From Eledone cirrhosa (taxonomy: Eukaryota), in contig OZ024763.1 of NCBI GenBank assembly GCA_964016885.1, positions 25,606,001-25,670,000 on the forward strand: DNA of 64,000 bases. The letters are read 5' to 3'. This document shows positions 28,066-41,560 of this stretch, in pieces. The notes beneath the pieces were generated by a model. That model was not told the origin of the DNA. It worked only from the letters and a program-made list of their open reading frames with translations, and did not search any database. Positions within the stretch are counted from its first letter, which is position 1, and the number at the start of each line of letters is the position of its first letter. The position numbers and the translations under genes were made by a program.

Positions 28066-29009
28066 CACTCACTCTCACACACACACGCACGTTCACTCTC
28101 TTTCTCACACACACACAGACACACACACCCGTTCACTCTTCACACACACACAGTCACACACACACACACACCCAGTCACTCACTCTCACACACACACACA
28201 GTCACCCACTCTCACACAGACACAGTCACACACACAGACACACACACTGTAAACATGTCTGAAATATTTACAAGATGGTGGTAGAGGTGACAGGGGTGAC
28301 AGGGGTGGTAGAGGTGACAGGGGTGACAGAGGTGGCAGGTAACATGTCACCCCCCACCCCACCCACCCCCAAAAAACATCTATTCATTTCAAACAAGCAA
28401 GACATGGTGACTGTAGGGTGGTGCTTGGGGTGTTTGGGTGAGGGTGGGGGGATATGCCCAAAGGAGGGCTGTAGGATGGGGATGGAGAGGTGGGAAGAGA
28501 AGAGGGTTGGGGAAGGGAAAGGGAAAGGGACTGGTGATGACTGTGGGCTGTCAGGAAAGGAACCACACACACACACACGGGGGGGGGGGTAGAGGAGGAA
28601 AAATGAAGGTTATTGTCAACAGATGCTGTATGGAAGAGGTCTGGGTGGGGGTGGGAGGAAGGAGGGACATGGGTGGGGGGAGAGTTGAGAGACATATGTG
28701 TGTGTGTGTGAATGAGAGAGGGTATGAATGTGTGTTTGTGAATAATTGTATATCTGTGAGTGTGTATCTGGGTAGGAGGGGTGGAGGAGTCTGGGTGGGC
28801 ATGGGGGATATGGATGGGGGAGAGTTGAGCGATATGGGTGGGAGAGTTGAGGGATATGGGGGGGGAGAGTCCAGGGACAAGGGTGGGGGAGATTTTAATG
28901 GTAAGACAAGACAGAGGCCAACCAACAGCACTTTATGAAAGATAAAAAAAAATGTCACAAGAATTTCCCTTTGTGTTGTCATTATGTTGAGTGCAAATCC
29001 TTCAACCCT

Positions 29010-29975
29010 CCTACCTACCTCCCTACCAACCAACCAAACTACCTACCTACCAAACTACCTACATACCAAACTACCTACCTACCAACCAACCAAACTACCT
29101 ACATACCTACCTACCAACCAACCAACCAAACTACCTACATACCTACCTACCTACTTACCAACCAACTAAACAACCTACCTACCAAACTCCCTACCTACCA
29201 ACCAAACTACCTACCTACCAACCAACTAAACTACCTACCTACCTACCAACCAACTAAACTACCTACCAACCAACCAAACTACCTACCTACCAACTAACTA
29301 AACTCCCTACCTACCTACAAACTAAACTACCTACCTACCTACCAACCAAACTACCTACCTACCAACCAAACTACCTACCTACCTACAAACTAAACTACCT
29401 ACCTACCTACCAACCAAACTACCTACCTACCAACCAAACTACCTACCAAACTACCAACCAACCATACTACCTACCTACCAACCAAACTACCTACCTACCT
29501 ACCAACCAAACTACCTACCTACCAACCAAACTACCTACCTACCTACCAACCAAACTACCTACCTACCTACCAAACTACCAAACTACCTACCTACCAACCA
29601 AACTACCTACCTACCTACCAACCAAACTACCTACCTACCAACCAAACTACCTACCTACCTACCAACCAACCAAACTACCTACCTACCTACCAAACTACCA
29701 AACTACCTACCTACCAACCAAACTACCTACCTACCTACCAACCAAACTACCTACCTACCAACCAAACTACCTACCTACCTACCAACCAAACTACCTACCT
29801 ACCTACCTACAAACTAAACTACCTCACTACCAACCAAACAAACTACCTACCTACCAACCAACCAACTTATCTACCTACCTCCTTCTTACCAAACTACCTC
29901 GCTACCAACCAAACTATCTACCTACCTACCAACCAAACTACCTACCTATCTACCTCCTTCTTACCAAACTACCTC
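29010..29975. repeat. (CTAC/CAAC/AAAC) compound tetranucleotide repeat
   Basis: Direct reading. Confidence 0.93.
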
Positions 29976-30162
29976 CATTCCTTCCTTCCCACCCACACCA
30001 TCCTTCCATCCACACATTCATTCATCCATACCTTCCTCCAAATCAAATTTCCTCACCACCACCACTTCCATTGCCATTATCATCGCCACCAACACCAACA
30101 CCATCAAAGATATTCTCTTATGCTTTTCCTCTTTTTTGGAAGTGTGTAGGGATGAGGCCATT

Positions 30163-30195
<33 letters not shown>

Positions 30196-31011
30196 ATGGT
30201 GGTGGTGGTGGTGATGGTAGTAGTAATCCTTTCCTCCTCCAGCCCATAACCAATCAACCCCACACCACCTTCCTGCTTACCTTGTACCAGAACACCCTCC
30301 CCCAATCCAACTCAATTACGGCTAGCTCCCAGGTTCTAAACACCCAACTCCCCGCTGCCCTACATAACCTCCAAAACCTCAACAATGACAACCCTAGATG
30401 CTCCTCAGTGATAATAAATAATATAAAAGGATCCTACACACCCCTACACCTGCCACCCACAAGATAAAAGAAATTCCAATGAGAGAAGACAATACAAGCT
30501 CAGAAAACAGGGAGAGAAAAACGAGAAAAAAAAGAACCTAAACAAATAATAGAGCCCCACCCACCCCATCCGTACTCTACAAAAATACAATAAAAAAAAA
30601 TACAATAAAAAAGGAAATAGATGCCACTAACACCCACCCACAACACTGCCACTCCAACATCCCAACACACAAACCCCCAACACACCCACTCAAACACACC
30701 TACTACAATATCCCAACATGAAGTTTACAATAGTTTTCACCTATGTAGACTTAACTGGCCTTTGATGAAGCTGCTTCCCATAAGAGCTTCCTTAGCTGTT
30801 TTAAGGATAGGAGCTACAGTGATATAGGGAAGGGTGGGGGGGGGCACTTTATATATATATATATATATATATAAATAATTACAAGTGACATAGACAGGTA
30901 CTCAAGTTTCGTTGGGTTCTGGGCCCCAATTTCTTCAGCCTGTCATGAGAAAAATGGTCCTATGGACTGAGTGCTCTGACTCTTGGATATTTCCACTTAA
31001 CTTTTACTTCA

Positions 31012-31067
<56 letters not shown>

Positions 31068-32280
31068 AGTAATAATAATAAACGTCAAGACTAAAATCCA
31101 AAGAGGGCTCGATAAGGATAAATATATATCAAATATATAAAAACCATAGACCAAATATTCATTAAAATAACAGATTAAAGTTTAAGCAAAGAATCGCTGC
31201 TTTCACCCTTAATGGGGAAAAAATCAGATCCCATTAAGGGTGAAAGCAGTGATTCTTTGCTTAAACTTTAATCTGTTATTTTAATAAATAAATAAATATA
31301 AATATATAAAGTCCAGAAATAGCCGTCGAAACAGTTGAGCTCTGCCGTCGGGTTCCTACTCTTTTCCTATTACCCACTCTACTACCCAAAGTATCGAGTA
31401 CTCTGGTGCGTTATGGGCCAGCCGGTTCCTTACCACACTTCCTTCGTTATATATATATAGAGAGAATGTAGAGAAGTGACACATGAGTTGATATATATAA
31501 AAAATAGTAAAAAGAAAAAAACAGTAGAAAATTCTAAAGGGATTTTCTCTCAAAATAACATCAAAACATTTATTTACAAAATAGGAATTTCCCCATTAAT
31601 TGTACTAGTTTCAGCTTATACTCTTTTTCACACAACGGCAGTGTATAATGCAATTAAATTGCATATTAATAAGAATGATAAGAATACGAGGGGGGGGGGG
31701 GGGGGTTACATACATATTTAGGGAGAAAAGTTCACATTTTTGTCTGTAGTTTTCTTTCTTTCTCTCTTAGTGTTGACCATAGCCTTAAGGGTAAGTTACA
31801 AGGCTAAGGCAACTTTGGTACACATTACTGTCAGAAACTCATGTCTCATCTCCTCCACACATGTTATTGTGCATCTGGCACCATCTATACACCAATTTCT
31901 TTACACTTTGCAGTTGATCATTGCTTGTTTTCATATCAAAAGACACTACAAACACTCCAAGGCCACATGCCTTCACCTCACATGACCTGAACTTGAAAGA
32001 ATTTCTCCCCCATCTCCACACAACCAAAATAATTTAGAAAAAAACGAGAAAAAAAATACAGATGCAACACACCCACCCGTCCCCCAACCAAAGAATCTTT
32101 ATTCCAAAAAAGAATGATTAACTACCAAGACAGTTTTTTTTTTGTCCAATTTTTTTTGTATATAATGTATGTATGTGTGTGGTGTGTGTGTATGTATGTA
32201 TATACGTCTGTCTGTCTATGTATGTATGTGTATATATGTATGTATATATGCATATGTATGTCTATGTATGTATATATGTA

Positions 32281-32325
<45 letters not shown>

Positions 32326-32379
32326 ACATACATATATACATACATAGACATACATATGCATATATACATACATATATAC

Positions 32380-32459
<80 letters not shown>

Positions 32460-33944
32460 AGCCATTTCAAGCCAGAAGGCAGAGAGAGAGCACAAACCTC
32501 ATCTCTCTCTCTCTCTCTCTCTTACTTCTTCCACAGATTATATTCTATTATATTTTGGGCTATTTTTAGAGAAGCTCTGTAGTGTTGTGGTTATTGTTGT
32601 CGTTGTTGTAATTGAAAGAAAATTCAAGCTGTTCTCATAATTAAACCACAAATTCCAAACCTCTATTACAATCCATGCCTGTAGAATATTACATATATAT
32701 ATATATATACATTATATATATATATATACATTATATATATATATATATATACATACATATATATATATACATACATACATAAGTACATACATATACATAC
32801 ATACAAACACAAACACATACATACATACATACATAGATAGATATACATATAAACACAAACACATATTCATACATACAAGCATACATGCATATACATACAC
32901 AAACATGCATATACATACACAAACATCCATACATACATACACATATACACACACATTGTATGACAGGTGTACACAAGTATGTATACAGATGTACACATGT
33001 ATGTATACATGTATAAGTTAGTCTATATACAAATACTTGTCTGGTTTAGAAATATTTTATTGATCTGTGTGTGTGTGTCTATATATATATATATGTGTGT
33101 GTGTGTGTAAAGTGGTTGGTGTTAAGAAGGGCATCAAGATGTAGAAATCTTGCGAAACAAAGGGTTGCGAGGACCCTCAGTTGTGTCAAAGACATGACAA
33201 CCTCTCCTGAGCAATCAATGGAACATAAGACTGTTACATAAGCAAGACATAGATCACTATATAAATGTAATGTATGTATCATCATCATCATCATCATCAC
33301 CGTTTTACGTCCGTTCTTCCACGCTAGCATGGGTTAGACGGGTTGTCCTGTTGTGGGCAGTGTCTGGTCGGCTGACCATGCCTTGCTCATACAGGAACTG
33401 ATTTGGCTTGATTTCTACAGCTGGATGCCCTTCCTAACACCAACCTCATTTACAGTGAGTGCTGGGTGCTTTTTCGTGGTTGCCTACACGTCCACTTTAC
33501 AGTGTGGGCTGGGTGCTTTTTTGCCGTGGCACCTCCACGACCACCATGCAGTGGGGTGTGTGGGGGCATATTGTCTATATGCTTCAGCTTCGTTTTTTAT
33601 AAATAAATATTATATAAATATATATATATGTATTATATAAATATATATTTTTATAAATATATATTATATAAATATATATATGTATTATATAAATATATAT
33701 ATATACATATATATATATGTATTATATAAATATATATATATACATATATATATGTATGTATGTATATATGTATGTATGTATGTATATATATATATATATA
33801 GAATAAGGAAAAGCGAAGTAGTTTCAGATGTTCAAGTCCTTTAATATGAAACTACTTCGCTTTTCCTTATTCGATATTTACTCTGTCACTCCTATGTGGA
33901 AAAAGTACGTTGAGTGCTTGAATTGAATTGCATCAATGTTTCCC

Positions 33945-33987
<43 letters not shown>

Positions 33988-34136
33988 ATACTTTGGGAGG
34001 GTCATGTTGCCAATAAGAAACACACGCACCAGTTGCTTTCACTCCAATTTATTGCAAATTAAATTTATAAATTTAAGAAATTTGTATATTTCCGGTTGGT
34101 TGGTTGGTTCCACAACCGGACGGTTGTTCATATATT

Positions 34137-34179
34137 GTCAAAGTTCTTTCGTCACACATTCTGTGACTTCTTCAGTGAC
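34137..34179 (-). ncRNA. Minimal hammerhead ribozyme motif downstream of a Penelope GIY-YIG ORF
   Basis: Minus: guca - CUGAAGA - a - gucaca/ugugac stem II - GAA-A-gaac-U-U - ugac. Lies about 170 bp after the GIY-YIG ORF end, where Penelope pseudo-LTR hammerheads are expected. Stem I is only 4 bp. Confidence 0.65.
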
Positions 34180-34344
34180 TGGAGATTCTTTTTTTTCTTT
34201 GTTTTGTGCCTCTCCTTTGTTCTGTCCTACGCCATCTTGTTTTTGTGTGTGTTGTATGCTTAGTTTGGGCATGTGTTTTTATTTGTTTATTTACATGTTA
34301 TTAGTTGGTTGTTTGTTCTATGTGTGTGTGTTTTCATTTTGTCC

Positions 34345-34793
34345 TTAATTGTAAGTTGTGATGTTGCTATTCCATTCATGCTTTATATTTAATTTTGGTT
34401 GGAGTTCATTTATGTTTATTGCTTCTGTGATTTGTCTAAACATTGCATCTTTTCTGTGTGTAGATTTTATTTTTACTTCTATGTTCTTTAATTTGCCCTT
34501 ATTTTCTATTTTAGCATGTTGGTGGAGTAATGATGATTCTTTTCTATCTTGAGCTCTCACCAGTGTTCATTTAATCATTCTCCTATACTACGAGCTGTCT
34601 CACTTATGTACACTATATTCTTATCTTTACATTGTCTCTCAGTACATCTTATGCTATATACTATGTTTCTAGATTTGCAGTTAATATGGGGGCTTAGTTT
34701 ACAGATTATGCATTTCTTATCTATACAGGGAGGTCTTTGAAAAGGGTATGTATTACTAATAAGTGTTTTTATGGAGGTACCTGGTCTTTCCAC
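34345..34793 (-). mobile_element. Penelope-like element fragment (GIY-YIG endonuclease, disrupted)
   Basis: Translation CIICK...INCKSRNIVYSIRC..C....VYISETARSIGE*, followed by LLHQHA...RQITEAININELQPKLN. This is the Cys-rich linker, VY...YIGET and E...I....P.LN pattern of the PLE endonuclease; internal stops present. Confidence 0.8.
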
Positions 34794-34809
34794 TATCTAT
34801 ATATATATG

Positions 34810-35347
34810 ACAGGTCGCTCTCGAATGCTACTGGTAACATGTAACCCAGTATAATCTGTCTTGTGGTTGGGTCGTCGGCAACTAAGCCAGCAAGCCCACC
34901 AAGTCTGCTTGGTGAGGAGGGTGATATTTGTACACCCTGCGGGATGAAATACAAGACCCGGCAAAGGCGGAGGAACTCCACAGAGTCAACGGCCATCCAA
35001 ATAGTAGTTTGTTTTTTTGTCTTTGTTTTGTTTTTTTTTCACCTGGGAGTGAAAGGCCCCCAGTTGTTGTCACAACACCTTTCTAAGAGAGGGAAACTGA
35101 AAAAAAACCCTGCGGCTTCGGAAGCATCCGATGATGTTGACCAGTTCTCCATTTCGGGTAGTGATTTTGATGCTCAGAGAGTGGGATTGGTCAAGTGCAA
35201 GGCCTTTCCCAACTTAAAAAACCTTCCAAACACAGACATTGCTTGTTCAGGATATGTTACAGGTTCGTGTGGCTGGCCGTAGTCTAAAAGTGCACCAAAC
35301 TCTATAATCTGACAACCGATTGCACTACTCCTAGCAGAGTTTGTAGC

Positions 35348-35350
<3 letters not shown>
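34810..35350 (-). mobile_element. Probable Penelope-like element 5'/N-terminal fragment
   Basis: GC-richer segment between (TA)n tracts. Minus-strand peptide EFLRLCRVLYFIPQGVQI resembles the N-terminal FLxxC....xIPKG motif of PLE ORFs. It lies between a hammerhead (35392) and the GIY-YIG fragment. Confidence 0.4.
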
Positions 35351-35384
<34 letters not shown>

Positions 35385-35391
35385 AAGAATG

Positions 35392-35462
35392 TATTTTATT
35401 ATGCGCATTTCAAAAACAAATATCATCCAGGGACGATATTTGCGTTCTCATCAGATGAAATA
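35392..35462 (-). ncRNA. Minimal type-I hammerhead ribozyme
   Basis: Minus: uauuucau - CUGAUGA - long stem II (gcaaauaucguc/gaugauauuugu) - GAA-A-UGCGCA-U-A - auaaaaua. Stem III is the perfect palindrome AUGCGCAU; stem I has one C.A mismatch. Confidence 0.78.
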
Positions 35463-35664
35463 GGGAGACATGATATGAAGCTTAAAAAAGACACTTGTGA
35501 GCAAGGTAGTGTCTAAACAACATATAATAATAATAAAATACATGAAACTTTCTTAACCATCTTTTAATGTCTTCTTATATATACTCCAGTCCAATAAACT
35601 GTTGAGTGCTACTTATCCGATATTTGCATTGCTTTATTATTGTGCTACAATAAAACTCACCTCC

Positions 35665-35730
<66 letters not shown>

Positions 35731-35818
35731 TATATATATCAATAGATAATTACTCAGAAAGGGAGGAAGAACACAACAATAGAAATAATAAGAGAAGATA
35801 ACTCAAGTAGTAACTTAC

Positions 35819-35888
35819 CCAAGATACAACTCTGCCATTAAAACAAGGTAAATGTGATTCATCATCCACTATTTCTTCTTTGACGACT
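35819..35888 (-). CDS. dvl: Internal coding exon of dishevelled (C-terminal part of the DIX domain)
   Basis: Minus strand reads pyrimidine tract+cag | A GTC GTC AAA GAA GAA ATA GTG GAT GAT GAA TCA CAT TTA CCT TGT TTT AAT GGC AGA GTT GTA TCT TGG | gtaagt = (G)[23 protein letters not shown]. This matches the Dishevelled DIX motif [23 protein letters not shown]. The 70-bp length with phase-2 start and phase-0 end matches my recollection of vertebrate DVL exon 2. No flanking exons were found in the window. Confidence 0.93.
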
Positions 35889-36260
35889 CTGAAGAGGAAA
35901 GAAAAGAATAAAATTAAATTAAAAATATATGACTGATATATCAACTGTCAAGCCTCAACTCTTTCAAATATAGTCACATTCTACTATTTTAAGTATCAAG
36001 TACTAACTGGTTTAATACTCGTTTAATCCTGATATCATCGTTTAACGTCCATCTTCCACGCTAGCATGGGTTAGACGGATATATGAATATATATATATAT
36101 ATGTGTATATATATTTATTAAAATAACAGATTAAAGTTTAAGCAAAGAATCGCTGCTTTCACCCTTAATAGGATCTGATTCAGAAGATCCCGTTAAGGGT
36201 GAAAGCAGCGATTCTTTGCTTAAAATTTAATCTGTTATTTTAATAAATATTTGCTCTATG

Positions 36261-36305
<45 letters not shown>

Positions 36306-36307
<2 letters not shown>

Positions 36308-37497
36308 GCACCAGTCCCATCTGGGAAATGGCCATGCTCAATGTGTAGGAAAGGAGTAGGCAGAAGCTCCATTTTATGTCCAAAATGCAAAGTATGGGTG
36401 CATAAAAGATGTAGTGGGATCACAGGTAAGCTAACTAAGAATATAGATTTTATATGTGGCCGGTGCTCAGGTGCAATAAGTAGCAGCAAGTTCCCAGAGA
36501 ATACTAGCTCATTCCATTGCACAGATGGTTCTATAGAAATAGTGGACACCTTCCGTTACCTGGGTGACAAAATCAGGAGTGGTGGAGGGTGCTCTGAAAG
36601 TACAGTAGCTAGAGTCAGAACGGGATGGAAAAAGTTCAGAGAGCTTATACCACTATTGGCCACTAAAGGGTTCTCTTTAAAAATGAAAGGCAGGCTGTAT
36701 GATGCCTGCATACGAACAGCAATGTTACATGGCAGTGAGACTTGGGCATTGTGTGCAGAGGATATACGCAGACTGGAGAGGAACGAAGCTTGCATGCTCC
36801 GCTGGATGTGTAATAGTAATATACGTGAACGGCAAAGCATAAACGAACTAAGGGAGAAATTAGGAATAAGAGGGATCAGATGCTGCTTACTCGAGAGAAG
36901 ACTACATTGGTACGGTCACGTGATGCGCATGAAAGACGACAGCTGTATAAAAAAGTGCAGGGCAATAAAAATAGACGGTAGCCACGGAGTAGGCAGACCC
37001 AGAAAAACCTGGGACGACTTGATAAATTCCGACCTCACACACTTACACCTCTCCAAGACAATGTCACTGGACCGAGATCTTTGGCGCTACACAGAAAACC
37101 CGCCTTGCCTAAGTACAAAGCGAAACCTACAGTCAGTAGGCACCTCTAACAAAAATACACCCCCGTCCCACTACCCCCACCCCATCCACACCACCCCTTT
37201 CAATGTAAAGTTATGTTGGTACCACAACATCCAGGCCGAAACAAATGAGGTCGTATAGGTGTCACGACAAAAAAAACACACAGTCCACGCTGTAATGTGG
37301 CTGTGTAGGTAACAAGGTAAAAACCTCCCAGTCCACACTGTAAACGGGGTTGGTGTTAGGGCATCCAGCCGTAGAAAACCCGCCAGACAGTCCTATGCGA
37401 GCAAGTCAACCGATCTTGCCGCAAGTGGGAAAATTCCCGTCCAAACCCATGCAAGCATGGAAGATGGACGTTAAACGATTATGAAGATGATGATGAT
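36306..37497 (+). mobile_element. 5'-truncated RTE-clade LINE, same family as 56789-59029
   Basis: ORF 36251-37258 (KWPCSMCRKG...HKRC...CGRC...FRYLGD...RLHWYGHVMR...GRPRKTW) is highly similar to the minus copy. The 3'UTR ends catgcaagcatggaagatggacgttaaacgat followed by a (gat)n tail. Confidence 0.9.
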
Positions 37498-37573
37498 ATA
37501 TTATCCTTATCGATCCCTCTTCGGATTTTAGTCTTCACATGTATTATTATTACTATTATTATTACTATATGTA

Positions 37574-37614
<41 letters not shown>

Positions 37615-38703
37615 TATAAAAATATTGGAGGCCATAATAAGTTGATTCAGGTTTATTTAAATCTCCGTGGTACATATTTCGCTAAGGACTATCAGTTATA
37701 ATAGCCTGAGCTCATCAGACAGCAGAAAAACAACAGCAACCACAACACCAACCACAACCACAACAACCACCACCATCACAACAACAACTACAATAACATC
37801 AACCACAACAACAACCACCACCACCACAACCACAACAACAACCACAACCACAACAACCACAATAACATCAACCACAACCACATCAACAACCACCACCATC
37901 ACAACAAGAACCACAATAACAACAACCACAACCACCACCACCACCACTATCACAACAACCACCACCACCACCATCACAACAACCACCACCACCACCATCA
38001 CAACAACAACAATAACATCAACCACAACCACCACATCAACAACCACCACCACCACCACCACAACAACAACCACCACCACCACCACCATCACAACAACAAC
38101 AATAACATCAACCACAACATCAACAACCAACACCACCATCACAACAACCACAAGAACAACAACCATGACCACAACAACAACTGAAAACAAACAGTTTAAC
38201 ATCAGTTTTAATATCTTGAACACAGACAGGCAGAAATTCTAACATTCTAAATTTGGCAATCTGAATGAGGTTTTTGTGTTGATATATACATACACACACA
38301 CGTACATATACATACACACAGATATACATATAAACAGACACATATATACAGACAAATATCTAGACATACATACACACACATATACATATATGGAGACACA
38401 TATACAGACAAATATATAGTCATATATACACACTCATATACATATACGGAGACACATATACAGACAAATATATAGACATATATATACATATACAGACACA
38501 TATATACAGACAAATATCTAGACATATATACACACACATATACATATACAGACAAATATATAGACATATATACACACATATACACAGATATATGCACACA
38601 TATATATATATATACAGACACACACACATATATATATCTATACACATACATATACACATAAATATACACACACTCACACATATATATATATTTATATATA
38701 CAT

Positions 38704-38745
<42 letters not shown>

Positions 38746-39123
38746 AAAAATTGAACAGGGACAGAACAGAGAGGCAGTACGACAAATGTTTATTAGCTTC
38801 ACGCTCAGGAGAGTGGGGGGTAGGTGGAGGACGACGTTTCGGGCATAAGCCCTTCTTCGGGTAAGAGTTATACGGAAAAAAAGGGGTACGGTAACAAAAT
38901 CAAACAGAGGTAATGCGTGGAAGGAAAGACAAAGTGTGGGAAGGTGTGTAAAGTTCGGAGACAGGTCATATACATATATATATATATACGTCCAGAAATA
39001 CCCATCGAAACGGCTTGATCTCTGCCGTCGGGGTCATACATTTTCCTATTACCCACTACTACCCTAAGTATTGAGTACTCTGGTGCGTTATGGTCCATCT
39101 GGTTCCTTACCACAACTCCTTCG

Positions 39124-39182
<59 letters not shown>

Positions 39183-39777
39183 TACATATATATGTACACA
39201 CACAAATATACACAGCCACATATATATACATATACATACATACAAAAACACACACATATATATACATATATATACACTCTCAGCTAAAATAGAAAATATA
39301 TTGTACCAAAGTAATTCCATAATTAACTACAACATGAATTAAGAGTTATTTTGAAGATCACCAGATGTTGGTTTTAACCAAAATCTTCATGCACTACTTG
39401 TCTTACAAGGCTGAAGGCTTGTTGTTCCACCACCAGCACTAGCACCTTCGCTACCACCACCATCATCACCACCATCACTACCACCACCACTGGCTACAAA
39501 AAACTGGCATTTTCTAGTGCAATAGCAATACACCACACACATGCATATACATACATATATACATACATACATAACACACAGCATAGAAATACACCACACA
39601 CATGCATATACATACATATATACATACACAACACACACAGCGTAGAAATTTATATATATATATATAGGAAAAAATATGACCCCGACGGCAGAGCTCAAGC
39701 CGTTTCGACGGCTATTTCTGGACTATTGAGTACTCTGGTGTGTTATGGTCCATCTGGTTCCTTACCACATCTCCTTC

Positions 39778-39816
<39 letters not shown>

Positions 39817-40028
39817 TTCTACGCTGTGTGTTGTGTTAGGAATATACTGTGTTGTTATGTGTGTATGTGCATATGTATGTATGTATGTGAGTTATGTCGA
39901 AACGGCTTGAGCTCTGCCGTCGGGGTCATACTTTTTCCTATTACCCACTCTACTACCCTAAGTATTGAGTACTCTGGTGCGTTATGGTCCATCTGGTTCC
40001 TTACCACATTTCCTTCGTTATATATATA

Positions 40029-40172
40029 TTAAAATAACAGATTAATGTTTAAGCAAAGAATCGCTGCTTTCACCCTTAACAGGATCTTCTGAAACTCAGA
40101 ATCGTTTCAGAAGATCCCATTAAGGGTGAAAGCAGCGATTCTTTGCTTAAACTTTAATCTGTTATTTTAATA
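40029..40172. repeat. Palindromic dispersed element (3 copies)
   Basis: aaaataacagattaa..aagcaaagaatcgctgctttcacccttaa / ttaagggtgaaagcagcgattctttgcttaaactttaatctgttatttt; also at 31163-31285 and 36117-36245. Confidence 0.85.
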
Positions 40173-40272
40173 AATATTTGCTCTATGGTTTTTATATATT
40201 TGATATATATATTATCCTTATCGAGCCCTCTTCGGATTTTAGTTTTCACACTTATTATTATTACTATATATA

Positions 40273-41560
40273 CAGGGTGTGGACGATATTTGTTCGCAAT
40301 TTTCAACTGCTAATTTTATGCACATTTTTTTAACTTTCGTTGTCACTCTTGTCTTCATAAAAACAGTGACTATATTTCCATTATTTATTTTCAGAATAAT
40401 TGATTATGAATAATTTTGAACCTCCAAATTTGTGGAAGAGACACAGAGTTCTTCTTGGAATCCGCGCCTGGAAATTTCAGACTTTCTCAGCGTCAGCAGG
40501 AGAATGGTGGAAAAGGTCAGAAAGGAATTGGAAGATTCAGGATTCGACTACGAAGCAACACCAGAGAGGAAAACACATGATCGACGATCTGACGCCTTCA
40601 GAACGCCCGAGTTTGTCGCTGAAGTTCAGGATATCATCAACAATGAACCTAGCAAGTCGATGCGTGCCATTGCAAGGGAGAAAGGCGTGAATGAAAAGCT
40701 CATTAGGCTGGTGGTACATGAAGACATTCGCTACGTTTCATACAAGATGAGGAAAGGACAATTTCTGTCAAAAGCGATGCAAGAAAAGTGACTGAAGCAT
40801 GCAAAGAAGCTGATCAACAAGTTGAAACACCCACTGGAGCCAGACATGCTGTGGTTTTTCTCCGACGAGAAAAACTTCTGCCAAGACCAGAAGATCAACT
40901 CCCAGAACAACAGGTGGCTCGCTGTCTCATCCAAAGACGTGCCCAGAGTCATGCAGACAAATTTCCAGCGACAACATTGGTCTTAGGTGTCGCCAGCAGT
41001 CAAGGTGACGTCATGCCACCTCACTTCTTCCCTGAGGGCCTCAAGCTGAACACCGATGGCTACATCCACGTTCTGAGCGAGGTAGTAAAGCCCTGGATCG
41101 ACCAGGTAGCTGCAGGTAGACCGTACATGTGGCAGCAAGACTTAGCGCCCTGCCATACCAGCCAAAAGACCCAAGCATGGCTGTCAGAGAACTTCGTTGA
41201 CCACACTTCACCTGACATCTGGCCTCCCAGCTCGCCTGACTGCAACCCCCTCGACTTCTTTGTGTGGGGCGCAGTGGAACAAGACACCAACAGATCTAGC
41301 TGCAATACGAAAGATGATCTGAAGGCCAGAATCACAATTGCCTTTAGGGGCCTAAGTCGGGGGACAGTGACGAAGGCCTGTAGCCGGTTCTGAGGCCGCC
41401 TTGATGCCGTCATCAAAGCCAATGGTGGGTTTATCGAGTGAGATCGAAAGAACAAGTCATGAAGACAAACTGATCCAAGTTTGATAAATATATCTTAAAA
41501 AATAAAACTACTGTGTTATTTTTTCCTAGACAGTAATCTTGCGAACAAATATCGTCCGCA

